From a bacterium (lineage in GTDB: Bacteria; JAGOBX01; DAONJL01): a stretch of 64,000 bases of DNA. The translations under genes were made by a program, and so were the position numbers. Positions 29,704 to 40,775 of the stretch are shown here, piece after piece (positions within the stretch are counted from its first letter, which is position 1; each line of letters opens with the position of its first letter). The notes beneath the pieces are model-generated. The model searched no databases. It was given only the letters and a program-made list of their open reading frames with translations, and had not been told where the DNA came from. The stretch spans positions 5,216-69,215 of the forward strand of contig DAONJL010000009.1 of the NCBI GenBank assembly GCA_035405645.1, read 5' to 3'.

Positions 29704-31485
29704 TTAAATATATTTTAATTCTTCCAATGCTTTTTGACATTCGCTTTCTGATAAAACAGAGCCGTGATAATCTACTACTCGTTCCATAAATGAAATTCCT
29801 TTGCCTTTTATTGTATATGCAATTATCATTTTTGGTCTATCAATTATTTCATTTGCTTTTTTAAATGCGAGCAGCAATTCTTCTATATCATGACCATTTA
29901 CTGTAATTACATACCAGCCAAATGAAATCCATTTATCAGCAAGTGGTTCTATAGTTGATTTTACCTGAAAAACAGAACCATCAATTTGAAGACCATTATA
30001 ATCAATTATAGCAATTAAATTATCTAATTTATAATGATTTGCAGTCATAGCTGCTTCCCATATCTCGCCTTCCTCGACTTCACCATCACCAAGTAAAACA
30101 TAGACTTTATAATTCTTTTTAAATAATTTGCCAATCATAGCCATTCCATTAGCAGCAGAAAGTCCCTGGCCTAAAGAACCTGTTGTCATATCAACACCAG
30201 GTGTTTTATTCATATCTGGATGACCTTGTAATTTACTATTGATTTTTCTTAATGTCCATAATTGTTCTCTTTCAAAAAAACCTGCTCTTGCAAGAACAGC
30301 ATAATATGCTGGTGCACCATGTCCTTTTGATAAAATAAATCTGTCTCGATTTTCCCAGCGTGGTTCTTTTGGATTATATGTCATTACACTAAAATAAAGT
30401 GTTGTTAAAATTTCAATTGCAGATAAAGAACCACCAGGATGACCTGATTTTGCTATTGCAAGCATCTGTATTACATCTTTCCTGATTTCATTCGCTATTT
30501 TATATAATTCCTGAACTGTCTTATTTTTTGTTGTTATTATACTTGATTCTTTATTTGTCTGATTATCTTTGATAAATTCTTCTACTTTTTCTGCTGTTGG
30601 AAATGTCTTTTGTATGCCATATTTACTAATTGTTAATGCTGATACTGCATTTGCATATTCAATTGCCGCAGGTAATGTAGAACCTTTATATAATGCAACA
30701 GCAAGTGCACCACTAAAAGCACTGCTTGCACCTGATTTATCTTTTATTTTTACTCGATAATATGGAAAATGTTTTGTTAGATTTTTTGATACAAGCAGAA
30801 CACCTGTATTATCCATTGTAATAATTACATTATTAACACCACGCTCAATCAAATATTGTCCTGCTTTTGTGGCTGCTTCTATATGGCTCGCCATTCTGCC
30901 AGTAATTATTTCTGCTTCTATTTGATTTATAATAATTATATCAACAAGTTTTAATAAATCATCAGATAATTTAAAAGCAGGTGAAGCATTTAATATATTT
31001 ATTATTCCAAATCTTTTAGTAAATTTGAAGCAATACTCAATAGTTGAAACAGGTATTTCAAGTTGTGTTAGCAATATTTTAGAATTTTTTAAAATCTCGA
31101 TAGAGGCATCAATATCTTCAATATCTAAATCAGCATTAGCACCTTGCGCGACAAGAATTGAACGCTGGCCTATTGAATTTATCATTATTAATGCTGAACC
31201 TGTTTTATTCTTTTTTGAGATAAATATATTTTCTGTTGCAATGTTATTCTTTTTTAAATTCTTTAATACACTTTTACCTGATTTATCATTACCTATTTTT
31301 GAAATAAACTTTACAGGTGCTCCTAATCGTGAAATAACTATTGCTTGATTTGCACCTTTACCACCAAAACCTTTTTGATATGTTTTGCCAAGCACTGTTT
31401 CACCTAATTTTGGTATTCGCTCTGTATAAATAATCATATCAATATGAGAACTACCAACAACACAAATATAATTAGTATCTATCAT
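29704..31485 (-). CDS. Fusion protein: PfkB/ribokinase-family sugar kinase domain plus transketolase N-terminal (TPP-binding) subunit
   Basis: The N-terminal half has GGKGANQA (ribokinase signature 1) and DKSGASSAF in place of the canonical DTTGAGD. The C-terminal half has SGHPGGSLS, SKGHGAPAYY, GSLGQG and GDGEVEEGEIWEA, which are TktA-N/TPP motifs. It is a single 593-aa ORF. Confidence 0.6.
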   Translation of the reverse strand: MIDTNYICVVGSSHIDMIIYTERIPKLGETVLGKTYQKGFGGKGANQAIVISRLGAPVKFISKIGNDKSGKSVLKNLKKNNIATENIFISKKNKTGSALIMINSIGQRSILVAQGANADLDIEDIDASIEILKNSKILLTQLEIPVSTIEYCFKFTKRFGIINILNASPAFKLSDDLLKLVDIIIINQIEAEIITGRMASHIEAATKAGQYLIERGVNNVIITMDNTGVLLVSKNLTKHFPYYRVKIKDKSGASSAFSGALAVALYKGSTLPAAIEYANAVSALTISKYGIQKTFPTAEKVEEFIKDNQTNKESSIITTKNKTVQELYKIANEIRKDVIQMLAIAKSGHPGGSLSAIEILTTLYFSVMTYNPKEPRWENRDRFILSKGHGAPAYYAVLARAGFFEREQLWTLRKINSKLQGHPDMNKTPGVDMTTGSLGQGLSAANGMAMIGKLFKKNYKVYVLLGDGEVEEGEIWEAAMTANHYKLDNLIAIIDYNGLQIDGSVFQVKSTIEPLADKWISFGWYVITVNGHDIEELLLAFKKANEIIDRPKMIIAYTIKGKGISFMERVVDYHGSVLSESECQKALEELKYI

Positions 31486-32926
31486 AATAATCTTCTTCTT
31501 TTGTTCGTTTTATACCGTTTTTTAAATAATAAATTGTTTCATCAACTAAATTATCAACAGGACTGCGTGATAATATTTTTTTAAATTTGAGTAAATGATT
31601 TAATGCTTTTTCTTTTTCATCTTTTTGATTATTCTTATCATAATTATAAGCATAAAAAAGGCCTAAATATAAATGGCTAAAAGCTTCATTATCATCTATA
31701 GCAAGTGCTTTTAAAAAATTTTCTTCTGCTCTTTTAAAATCAAAATCGCGTCTATATGCATATCCTAATTTTTGATATGTTGTCGGATTTTTATCATATA
31801 GTTTTATAGCTTCGTTATAATACTTGATTGCAGAAAATGTTTTATTTAATCTTAATGCTTCTTCACCTAAGCTTTCATATTCAAGATATTTATCTTTTAT
31901 TTCAGCACTAATTTCAAATTGTGGAAATTTTATATTTGCTGGATAATCAACTTTTATTGTATATGTATCGCCATCAGTTTCTAAATAAATATTACCAACT
32001 AAATCTGTACGATAAACTTTCGTTCCATAAATTGATAATCTATTAATAACACTCATTTTTGGTAATCCATAAACATTATTTTTACCAACTAAAATTATGC
32101 CAACCTCAGGATTAACTGCTTTTAAAAAAGGATAAAAAGTTGATGTAGCACTACCATGATGAGCAACTTTTAATATATTTGCTTTTATATCATAACCTTT
32201 TTTTAATATGTATTTTTCACTTTCATATTCTCCATCACCAGCAAACAAAAATTTTATTTTATTCACTCTCATTTTGATATATATTGATTGATTATTATAA
32301 TTGCCATCTTCATACCATTCTTTTATTCCGCTTTTTATTACTTCTGCTTCTATGTTCGCTCCAAAATCAAGTTTTTCACCTTCCTTTGGAATACCTAATA
32401 AAATATTTTTTTCTTTTATTATTTCAAACATTGCTTTATACGCATTAGAAGGATGCGGTGCTCCACAAACCAATACTTTTTCAACAGGAAAATTATTTAA
32501 TAAATAAAGAGCGCCGCCATAATGATCAAAATGTGGATGTGTAACTACAAATAAATCAATTTTAGTTCTGCCTACTTTTTGTAAATATGGAATTACTAAA
32601 TATTTTTCACGTGCTGGAAGACTTGCATCAATTAAAATTGTTTTATCAGGTGTGAGAATTAATATTGCATCACCTATATTATTTCTTATTGTATTATTTA
32701 TTGCTGCATTTAAGCCTCTATCATCTAAACTATAGCCATCAAATTCTTCGCGATAATCAGGTGTAAAAAAAACTACCTGAACTTTTCCATTAAAATTATT
32801 TGTTATTTCTGCTTCTTTTTGAATAGTTTGAATTTGTTGTTGTTCTTGCCCTTTTTGATTACACGCTATTAATGTAAATAAAATTATAATCAAAATATTA
32901 AAAAATTTTTTCATTATTTTTCTCAC
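31472..32926 (-). CDS. Lipoprotein with MBL-fold metallo-hydrolase domain and C-terminal TPR repeats
   Basis: Lipobox LIAC. HxHxDH motif VVTHPHFDHYGG. Later His ligand (VAHHGS). TPR-like C-terminus. Confidence 0.6.
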   Translation of the reverse strand: MRKIMKKFFNILIIILFTLIACNQKGQEQQQIQTIQKEAEITNNFNGKVQVVFFTPDYREEFDGYSLDDRGLNAAINNTIRNNIGDAILILTPDKTILIDASLPAREKYLVIPYLQKVGRTKIDLFVVTHPHFDHYGGALYLLNNFPVEKVLVCGAPHPSNAYKAMFEIIKEKNILLGIPKEGEKLDFGANIEAEVIKSGIKEWYEDGNYNNQSIYIKMRVNKIKFLFAGDGEYESEKYILKKGYDIKANILKVAHHGSATSTFYPFLKAVNPEVGIILVGKNNVYGLPKMSVINRLSIYGTKVYRTDLVGNIYLETDGDTYTIKVDYPANIKFPQFEISAEIKDKYLEYESLGEEALRLNKTFSAIKYYNEAIKLYDKNPTTYQKLGYAYRRDFDFKRAEENFLKALAIDDNEAFSHLYLGLFYAYNYDKNNQKDEKEKALNHLLKFKKILSRSPVDNLVDETIYYLKNGIKRTKEEDYYDRY

Positions 32927-32944
32927 TTTCTTTTTTAAATATTT

Positions 32945-34525
32945 TTAATCATAAATAAATAACTTATTATTCCAAATTGTTTCAAATGACATTTCATTTT
33001 CACAATATAAGCATTTGATAATAAGAGGGTCAGTTGATATTACATAATGTGAACAAACTACACCTTCTTTATAAATTGGATTGCTAATACATTTTTCATT
33101 ATTACAATAAATTAAATTATCAATTTTATCAGGTAATTGAACTGAAATTTTTCTTTTTACTTTTCCATTTTCAATTATACTAATTCTTGCAGAGGGTGAT
33201 ATAATTGCTATTTTTAATAAATCACGTTCTGATAATTCGTATTTTGTGTGGATTTTAAGCATATCTTTTTTGCCACTCTTACTTTGTAAGCATTTAGCAA
33301 GTGTTAATGGTATTGTCTCATTGTGTTCAAAACCTAAAAATCCTGCTAAACGACGAGCACGATTTACTGCTATATGGTCAATTACAATACCATCATTATC
33401 TATATAACCTGAGCGTGGATTCTGCAATTCTTTTTTATGTATATGAACTGGCAATTCAATAATTTTGATATTTGTATCTGATTTTTCTGCGTGATATATT
33501 GGTATATTTGTTGATGAAATTTTACCAGTAATCAAACCATAAATTGCTTCACGAACATACATTCCATTTGTTGCTTGTTGATAATAATAAGCATATTCTG
33601 AATTATTAACTGAATAATGAATTTCTTGCATCTCTTTATCTATTGGCAATGGATGTAAAATTTTCATATTTTTTCTTATATTTAATTTTTTAAGTAAATC
33701 TAATGTTATTGACCAATTTTTGCCAATATTTTTTCGTTCATTTTCATCACGAAATCTTTCTTTTTGAAAACGAGTTACATAAGCAATATCAACTTTTTCT
33801 AATGCTTCAAAAATATTATCATAGATAAAAAACTGAACTTTATTTCTTTTTAAAAAATCAATATAATGTTTTTCAGGACCAAAACCTGGTGGAAATGCTA
33901 AATGTAATCTAATATTTTTAAATAAAGGTGCAATTGTAATTAGCGAATGTGTTGTTCGCCCATATTTTAAATCATTAAATAAACCAAGGTCAAAATCATC
34001 TAATCGACCAAGTATTTCTTTTATTGTAAATAAATCTAACAAACATTGTGTAGGATGCTGATTTTTACCATCTCCTCCATTTACTATCATTGTGCGACGA
34101 CGGCTTACATCTTCTGGACATTTTCTTTTCTCATCTTCAAAAGCCATATCAGAAACAATTGAAGCCCAGCGTGCAGAACCATCAAGATGATGACGCATTA
34201 CTATTATTCGATTTCTATAACCAATTAACATTCTCAAAGTATCAGCCCAACTTTCGCCTTTACCAAGTGATGTTGCTTCGCCTGATGAAAAACCATCAAC
34301 AATAGAACCTAATTCAAAACCTGCTGTTCTTGAACTTAAATTTGTTCTGGTGCTTATTTCTGTAAACGCTGTTGCTATCTTAATATTATTGAGTAAACCT
34401 TTATAGGTTGACTCATTATTTAATGTTGCTTTTTTTATATTTCTTGCTGTTTCAAGTATAAATTCAATTTGCTCTCGATTAAAATCACTCATTGATATAA
34501 TATCTATTTCTAATCCGCCTTTCAT
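32945..34525 (-). CDS. pyrBI: Fused aspartate carbamoyltransferase catalytic + regulatory chains (PyrB-PyrI)
   Basis: The N-terminal ~340 aa have STRTN and HPTQCLLD ATCase motifs. The C-terminal ~160 aa have GIVIDHI and the PyrI zinc domain CNNEKCISNP...CLYCENE. Confidence 0.7.
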   Translation of the reverse strand: MKGGLEIDIISMSDFNREQIEFILETARNIKKATLNNESTYKGLLNNIKIATAFTEISTRTNLSSRTAGFELGSIVDGFSSGEATSLGKGESWADTLRMLIGYRNRIIVMRHHLDGSARWASIVSDMAFEDEKRKCPEDVSRRRTMIVNGGDGKNQHPTQCLLDLFTIKEILGRLDDFDLGLFNDLKYGRTTHSLITIAPLFKNIRLHLAFPPGFGPEKHYIDFLKRNKVQFFIYDNIFEALEKVDIAYVTRFQKERFRDENERKNIGKNWSITLDLLKKLNIRKNMKILHPLPIDKEMQEIHYSVNNSEYAYYYQQATNGMYVREAIYGLITGKISSTNIPIYHAEKSDTNIKIIELPVHIHKKELQNPRSGYIDNDGIVIDHIAVNRARRLAGFLGFEHNETIPLTLAKCLQSKSGKKDMLKIHTKYELSERDLLKIAIISPSARISIIENGKVKRKISVQLPDKIDNLIYCNNEKCISNPIYKEGVVCSHYVISTDPLIIKCLYCENEMSFETIWNNKLFIYD

Positions 34526-34569
34526 TTTTTCACCTTCCTATTTTTATTTTGTATTTATTAACTAAATTT

Positions 34570-36192
34570 TTATTCAATACAATTTTTTATTAAATATAAA
34601 AAAAATGGGTCTGGTTTCTCTAAACGAGAAGTTAATTCAGGATGAAATTGACAACCAATAAAATATTTATGTTCCTTTAATTCAAGTATTTGCATTATCC
34701 TTTTATCTTTTGTATAACCGCTAAATATTAAACCATTTTTTTCTAATTGTTTTATATATTCAGGATTAACTTCATATCTATGTCTAAATCTCATTCTTAT
34801 TATATCTTTACCATATATTTTGCTCGCTAAACTACCTTTTTTTAAATAAACATTTTGTCCACCTAATCGCATACTGCCACCTTTATTTTCTACTTTTTTT
34901 TGCTCAGGCAATAAATCAATTATTGGAGTTATTTTCTCTTTTACTTCACTTAATATCTCTGTTGTATGGGCATCTTTTATTCCACAAACATTTCTTGCAA
35001 ATTCTATTACTGCTAATTGCATACCCAAACATATACCTAAAAATGGTATATTATTTTCGCGTGCATATTTTATAATTGAAATTTTTCCTTCTAAACCACG
35101 AACACCAAATCCACCTGGCACAATTATTCCATTTACATCAGATAATTCATTTATGAAATTATTATTTGTATCAGTTGTATCAATCCATTTGATTTCTATA
35201 AAAACATCTAAATTTGCACGACAATGATTTAATGTCTCAATTATGCTTGCATAAGAATCGCCTAAACTCGTATATTTGCCACATATTGCAATTTTTATTT
35301 TTTTTTGATTTTTATTATTTTTTATTTTTTCTACATATTTTTTCCATTTTTCTAAATTGGGTGGACTATAAATATTTAATTTCTTATGTATTATTTCACT
35401 TAATCCTTCTTTTTCATATATAATTGGAATTTCATAAACAGTATTAACATCAATACCAGAAATTACACAATTTTTTTCAACATTACAAAATAATGCTATT
35501 TTTTCTTTGATTTTTTCTGTTATATATTCTTTACATCTGCCAATTATTATATCAGGTTCAATTCCTTTTTCTTGTAATAATTTTACACTTTGTTGTGTTG
35601 GCTTTGATTTTTGTTCTTCAACACCTGTCATTATTGGTATATAAGTAAGATGAATAAATATAATATTTTCTTCTCCTATTTCTAATCTTAATTGTCTTAC
35701 TGCTTCCAGATATAATTCATTTTCCATATCACCAACAGTTCCACCTATTTCTATTAAAACTAAATCAGCATTTTCTTTCTCTGCTATTTCATATATTTTA
35801 TTTTTGATTTCATTTGTTACATGTGGAATATATTGAACAGTCTTACCTAAAAATTCACCACGCCGTTCTTTTTCTAAAATGCTCTTGAATATTTTCCCCA
35901 TAGTTAAATTCCAACCGAACTTACAATTTATATTAAGAAAGCGTTCATAATGACCAAAATCCATATCAACTTCTCCACCATCATCAAGAACAAAAACTTC
36001 ACCATGTTCGATTGGGTTCATTGTGCCGGGATCTGTATTTAAATAACCATCACATTTGATTGGTATGATTTTTAATTTTGAGGCAAGCAATCTGCCAATA
36101 CTTGCAGTAGCGATACCTTTACCAAGTCCTGATAACACTCCACCGGTAATCACAATATATTTTCTTGTTTTTTTACTTTTTTGTGATTTCAT
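34570..36192 (-). CDS. pyrG: CTP synthase
   Basis: [18 protein letters not shown]-terminal synthetase motif. C-terminal class I GATase (GICLGMQ). 540 aa. Confidence 0.9.
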   Translation of the reverse strand: MKSQKSKKTRKYIVITGGVLSGLGKGIATASIGRLLASKLKIIPIKCDGYLNTDPGTMNPIEHGEVFVLDDGGEVDMDFGHYERFLNINCKFGWNLTMGKIFKSILEKERRGEFLGKTVQYIPHVTNEIKNKIYEIAEKENADLVLIEIGGTVGDMENELYLEAVRQLRLEIGEENIIFIHLTYIPIMTGVEEQKSKPTQQSVKLLQEKGIEPDIIIGRCKEYITEKIKEKIALFCNVEKNCVISGIDVNTVYEIPIIYEKEGLSEIIHKKLNIYSPPNLEKWKKYVEKIKNNKNQKKIKIAICGKYTSLGDSYASIIETLNHCRANLDVFIEIKWIDTTDTNNNFINELSDVNGIIVPGGFGVRGLEGKISIIKYARENNIPFLGICLGMQLAVIEFARNVCGIKDAHTTEILSEVKEKITPIIDLLPEQKKVENKGGSMRLGGQNVYLKKGSLASKIYGKDIIRMRFRHRYEVNPEYIKQLEKNGLIFSGYTKDKRIMQILELKEHKYFIGCQFHPELTSRLEKPDPFFLYLIKNCIE

Positions 36193-36354
36193 ATTTTAAA
36201 TTTTTTATTTTATCAAATTTTATATAAAATTGTCAAATTGAAAATTTTAAATTTTTTGTAAATGAGCCAATAGAAATTAAGCATAATAAAACAAGATAAA
36301 CTATTAACTATAAGATATAATGTCAAATAATTTATTTAAGATAGATTAAAATTA

Positions 36355-37257
36355 TTAAATCTCTTTAGATTTGACTGCCCAGCAATTTATTAAACCAATT
36401 TTATTAATTTTAATTAGTTTATTTTCTGGTAATATATTTTTAATAAATAATGTTAATCTCTTAAAATATGGTAAATAAGAATTGAGCCTATCCAAAAAAT
36501 AATCTAATTTTAAATATCTATTATGTTCCTCAATTCTTACTATATTAAAACCAGTTTTATTTAAAAGATATTTAATAGTTTTAAAACTGAAATGAGAAAT
36601 ATGCATTCGCATAATAAAGGGATAATTACTTTTTAATAATTTTGAAGCAAAAGAATCAATGTTATGTGTTGAAAAAGCAATGATGCCTTTATCATTTAAC
36701 ATTTTATTACATTTAATAAAAACATCATTAATATTAGGTAAATGTTCAATTACATCCCACATAGTAATTACATCAAATTTTTCAAATGGTTGATAATCAA
36801 AAATATTTGTATTTATAACATCTAAATTCAGAATACTCTTTGCATAATTTGCTGCCCATTTACTTGGTTCAATTCCTTTAACTATAAAATTTTTAGTTTT
36901 TGCTAATTTTAAAAAAAATCCGGTATAACATCCAATATCTAATAATTTACCGCAATTTTTATACTTTATTAATGTATCTAATAATTTCTTATATGTTATT
37001 TCTCTTGCTATTTGTTGTTTAAGATAATCATTATCAATCACATCTTCATAAAACTTTAATAATTTATTAAAATCTTCTCTTGGATTATTATATACTAAAC
37101 CACATTCCTTACATTTTACTATTCGATAATAATCAGAAAATTTATAACTTGTACATTTATATATATCATTCTCATCATTTTTCTCATTTAAAATATTTTT
37201 CTCATATAATACATTATATAAATTTGAATTACATAAAGGACAATTTATATATTCCAT
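36355..37257 (-). CDS. Class I SAM-dependent methyltransferase with N-terminal zinc-ribbon
   Basis: CPLCNS...CKECG ribbon. LLDIGCYTGFF is SAM motif I. Confidence 0.6.
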   Translation of the reverse strand: MEYINCPLCNSNLYNVLYEKNILNEKNDENDIYKCTSYKFSDYYRIVKCKECGLVYNNPREDFNKLLKFYEDVIDNDYLKQQIAREITYKKLLDTLIKYKNCGKLLDIGCYTGFFLKLAKTKNFIVKGIEPSKWAANYAKSILNLDVINTNIFDYQPFEKFDVITMWDVIEHLPNINDVFIKCNKMLNDKGIIAFSTHNIDSFASKLLKSNYPFIMRMHISHFSFKTIKYLLNKTGFNIVRIEEHNRYLKLDYFLDRLNSYLPYFKRLTLFIKNILPENKLIKINKIGLINCWAVKSKEI

Positions 37258-37258
37258 A

Positions 37259-38683
37259 TTATTTTTGGTCGATTTGAATTTTTTTTAAAAAATAGATTAT
37301 AAAAATAAAAAATAATAAAAATAATATAGGACCAAATTTAAATCTAAATAATAATGGTTCTATTCGTTTATATTCAGATAAATCAATGTTGTGTAATAGC
37401 ATTTTTTTATTAATTAAATCCATTATAAAAAACCTTATATTCATTTCAATTGTTGAATAAATAGGGATATATTGCGAATAATACATTCTAATTAAATTAT
37501 TTTTTACACAAAATAAAAAACCACCGCCTACACCATATAATAAACCAAGTAAGTTTATAAATATTGAAGGAACAAGAAATAGAATAAAATGATTTTTTTC
37601 TTCATTTTTATAATAAATTAAAAATAAAATTAGCATAAATGGAATAGTTTTATATAATAATCTTGGTCCCCAATTCCAGCCGCCATGAAAATTCTGTAAA
37701 ATACTTAAAAATAAAATATTTAAGACAAATATTGATAATGAAACAATACAAATAAAATTCTGAATTATTATTCTAAATTTTTTTATTAGATAAATAATGA
37801 TAAAAAAGAAAATTGGTTGATAAATGAAGAAACCATAATTTGGTCCAAAAAGTAATAAAATTAAACTTTTAAAATTCAAAATTATTTTTAAGCCTGGATC
37901 CACATCAGCGCGTAATACTAATAATTTACCACTAATTAAATAATAGTAAATAAAAAGAAAAATTATCATCACTATGAAAGATAATAATAAATAAACAATG
38001 TTTATAATTTTTCTTGATTTGTAAAAATAATAAATTGAAAATAGAATAATCAAAAAAGAAAAAGGCAAAGAATCAAATCTAACACATATTGCAAAACCTA
38101 ATAAAAATCCTGCTAATAAAACAAAAAATTTTTCTTGATCTGTTTTATAAAGAAAAATCAAATACACAGAAAATAATAATAAAAAAGTTTGAAGTGGTTC
38201 ATTAAAATTAGCATTATTATAAAAAGGCATAATTGTAGCAAAATAGAGTAAAAAAATATGAACAAGTATTTTTTCGTGAAAATTATATTTTTTGATAATC
38301 AAAAAAATTAATAATAAAATTAGAGCAGTGAAAACATCTGGCATTAAACTAATAAAAATTTGTATTATTTTTTCTTTATATTGGTTTGGGGAAAATAATG
38401 ATATTATCTTACCACTTAAATAAAAAGGAATTAAAACGAAAATAGAACCTGGTTGGAAAATAGAATAATATTTATTATTTTTTCCTTTAAAAAATTGTTC
38501 TGGATATTTTTTGACATTCGCTTCATCAATATAAAAATGTTTTTTTTCAATAAAATTTTTTGCTGCTAAATATTGAGTGTAACCATCACTAACATTAATT
38601 TTTAAATTTGAAAATAATAAATTAATAATAAACCAAATTAAAAAAATTTTTATTGAAATTTTCTTTTCTATTATCAATTTCAT
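37259..38683 (-). CDS. Polytopic membrane protein, ArnT/PMT(GT39/GT83)-like glycosyltransferase
   Basis: ~12 predicted TM helices. Overall look of dolichyl/undecaprenyl-phosphate sugar transferases. Adjacent (1-nt gap) to the methyltransferase. Confidence 0.35.
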   Translation of the reverse strand: MKLIIEKKISIKIFLIWFIINLLFSNLKINVSDGYTQYLAAKNFIEKKHFYIDEANVKKYPEQFFKGKNNKYYSIFQPGSIFVLIPFYLSGKIISLFSPNQYKEKIIQIFISLMPDVFTALILLLIFLIIKKYNFHEKILVHIFLLYFATIMPFYNNANFNEPLQTFLLLFSVYLIFLYKTDQEKFFVLLAGFLLGFAICVRFDSLPFSFLIILFSIYYFYKSRKIINIVYLLLSFIVMIIFLFIYYYLISGKLLVLRADVDPGLKIILNFKSLILLLFGPNYGFFIYQPIFFFIIIYLIKKFRIIIQNFICIVSLSIFVLNILFLSILQNFHGGWNWGPRLLYKTIPFMLILFLIYYKNEEKNHFILFLVPSIFINLLGLLYGVGGGFLFCVKNNLIRMYYSQYIPIYSTIEMNIRFFIMDLINKKMLLHNIDLSEYKRIEPLLFRFKFGPILFLLFFIFIIYFLKKIQIDQK

Positions 38684-38809
38684 TTTTTGGATTTTTTCAT
38701 AAATTATATATAATAGTCAAGAAATTTTTTTATTTCAGAAAAAAACCTTGAAAAAAATTTTTTATTCTTATATATTTATCTAACTTTATAAATGAGGTGA
38801 TATTTTATT

Positions 38810-39490
38810 ATGCATTCTATCGTATTATTATCAGGTGGTATGGATTCTTGTGTTACTACTGCTATTGCTATTTCAAATAGTACTTCTGTTTCTTTATTAC
38901 ATATTTCATATAAACATCGAACTGCCAGTCGTGAATTAAAATCATTTATTGATATTGCAAATTATTATAAAATTAAAAATCGTTTAATTGTTAACATTGA
39001 TTATCTAATAAAAATTGGTGCTTCTGCTTTAACTGACAAAAAAATAAAAGTTCCAGAATTTAATGATAAAAGAAAAAAAAATGAAATACCAGTTACTTAT
39101 GTTCCTTTTAGAAATGGAAATTTCCTTGCAATTGCAACAAGTTGGGCGGAAGCAATTGGTGCTAATAATATTTATATTGGTGCTGTTGAAGAAGACAGTT
39201 CAGGTTATCCTGATACAACAAAAGTATTTTTAAAAAAAATAGAAGCAGCAATAAATGCAGGAACAAAACCTGAAACAAAAATAAAAATTATTGCACCACT
39301 ACTACATAAGAAAAAAAGTGAAATTGTAAAATTAGGTATCAAACTAAATGCACCATTACATTTATCCTGGTCCTGTTATAAAAACGAAAAAAAAGCCTGT
39401 GGTATTTGTGATTCCTGTGTTTTGAGATTAAATGGTTTTAAGGAAGCAGGTATAGATGATAAAATTCCTTATATAAAAAAGGTGATATAA
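38810..39490 (+). CDS. queC: 7-cyano-7-deazaguanine synthase
   Basis: [17 protein letters not shown]-loop. C-terminal zinc site [10 protein letters not shown]. Confidence 0.85.
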   Translation: MHSIVLLSGGMDSCVTTAIAISNSTSVSLLHISYKHRTASRELKSFIDIANYYKIKNRLIVNIDYLIKIGASALTDKKIKVPEFNDKRKKNEIPVTYVPFRNGNFLAIATSWAEAIGANNIYIGAVEEDSSGYPDTTKVFLKKIEAAINAGTKPETKIKIIAPLLHKKKSEIVKLGIKLNAPLHLSWSCYKNEKKACGICDSCVLRLNGFKEAGIDDKIPYIKKVI

Positions 39491-39873
39491 TGCCTACAAA
39501 ACCATCAAAACAATTATTAGCAGTTGAGAATAAAAAACCTGATAGAGATTATTGGGTTAATATTGAATGCCCTGAATTTACCTGTGTTTGCCCTGTCACA
39601 GGTCAACCTGATTTTGCTACTATTAAAATTGATTATATTCCGGATAAAAAAATAGTTGAATTAAAATCATTAAAATTATATTTATGGTCTTATAGAGATG
39701 AAGGTCATTATCACGAAGAAGTAATAAATCTTATTTGTGACGATTTAGTAAAATTATTAAAACCACGCCAAATGAAAGTAACTGGTATTTTTAATGTGCG
39801 GGGTGGTATTTACACTACTGTTTCTGTTGAATATCCATATATAAAAAATAAAAGGAGAAAAAAAGATGAATGA
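39490..39873 (+). CDS. queF: NADPH-dependent 7-cyano-7-deazaguanine reductase (type I)
   Basis: [15 protein letters not shown] and the E...HEE block. 127 aa. TAATG overlap with queC. Confidence 0.85.
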   Translation: MPTKPSKQLLAVENKKPDRDYWVNIECPEFTCVCPVTGQPDFATIKIDYIPDKKIVELKSLKLYLWSYRDEGHYHEEVINLICDDLVKLLKPRQMKVTGIFNVRGGIYTTVSVEYPYIKNKRRKKDE

Positions 39874-40759
39874 TTATGAATTACGATGTGAACACATTAT
39901 AGAAGCATTGCCATATATTAAAGAATTTAGCAACAAAATAATTGTAATTAAATATGGTGGAGCAGCAATGGAAAATGATGAGTTGAAAAAAGCAACTATG
40001 ACTGATATTACATTATTAAAATATGTTGGAATTAAACCAGTTATAATACACGGTGGTGGAATTGAAATTTCTGAATTAATGAAAAAAGTTGGTAAAAAAC
40101 CAGAATTTATTGATGGTTTGCGTGTTACTGATTCAGAAACAATGAATATTGTTGAAATGGTATTAGGCGGAAAAGTAAATAAAGGTCTTGTTTCATTATT
40201 AAATAAAAATGGTTGTAAAGCAGTTGGTATTACTGGTAAAGATGCTTCAACAATTCAAGCAAAGCCAAAAGAACCAATAAAAAAATTAGATGCAAATGGA
40301 AATATAATTGAATTGAGTTTAGGTTTAGTTGGTGAAATAATAAATATAAATACAGATTTAATTGATTTACTTTTAAAAAATGATTATATACCAGTTATTG
40401 CTCCAATTGGTGAAAATATTGATGGTGGTTTAAGTTTGAATGTTAATGCTGATGTAGTTGCTTATGCTGTTGCTGCTAAATTAAAAGCAGAAAAATTAAT
40501 TTTTATGACAAATGTAAATGGTATTTTAAAAGATATAAATAATCCTGATAGTTTAATCAAATCAATTAAAGTTAGTGAAGCAGAAAAATTAATAAAAGAC
40601 GGAATAATAAGTGAAGGAATGATACCAAAAATAAAAAGTTGTATAGAAGCACTTGAATCTGGTGTAAAAAAAGTGCATATAATAAATGGTGGAGTAATGC
40701 ATTCTTTATTGCTTGAAATATTCACTGATGCTGGTATAGGTACAGAAATTTTTTTATAA
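39866..40759 (+). CDS. argB: Acetylglutamate kinase
   Basis: [11 protein letters not shown] and VIIHGGG amino-acid-kinase motifs. 297 aa. Confidence 0.85.
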   Translation: MNDYELRCEHIIEALPYIKEFSNKIIVIKYGGAAMENDELKKATMTDITLLKYVGIKPVIIHGGGIEISELMKKVGKKPEFIDGLRVTDSETMNIVEMVLGGKVNKGLVSLLNKNGCKAVGITGKDASTIQAKPKEPIKKLDANGNIIELSLGLVGEIININTDLIDLLLKNDYIPVIAPIGENIDGGLSLNVNADVVAYAVAAKLKAEKLIFMTNVNGILKDINNPDSLIKSIKVSEAEKLIKDGIISEGMIPKIKSCIEALESGVKKVHIINGGVMHSLLLEIFTDAGIGTEIFL

Positions 40760-40775
40760 AAGAGAAGATAAAAAA

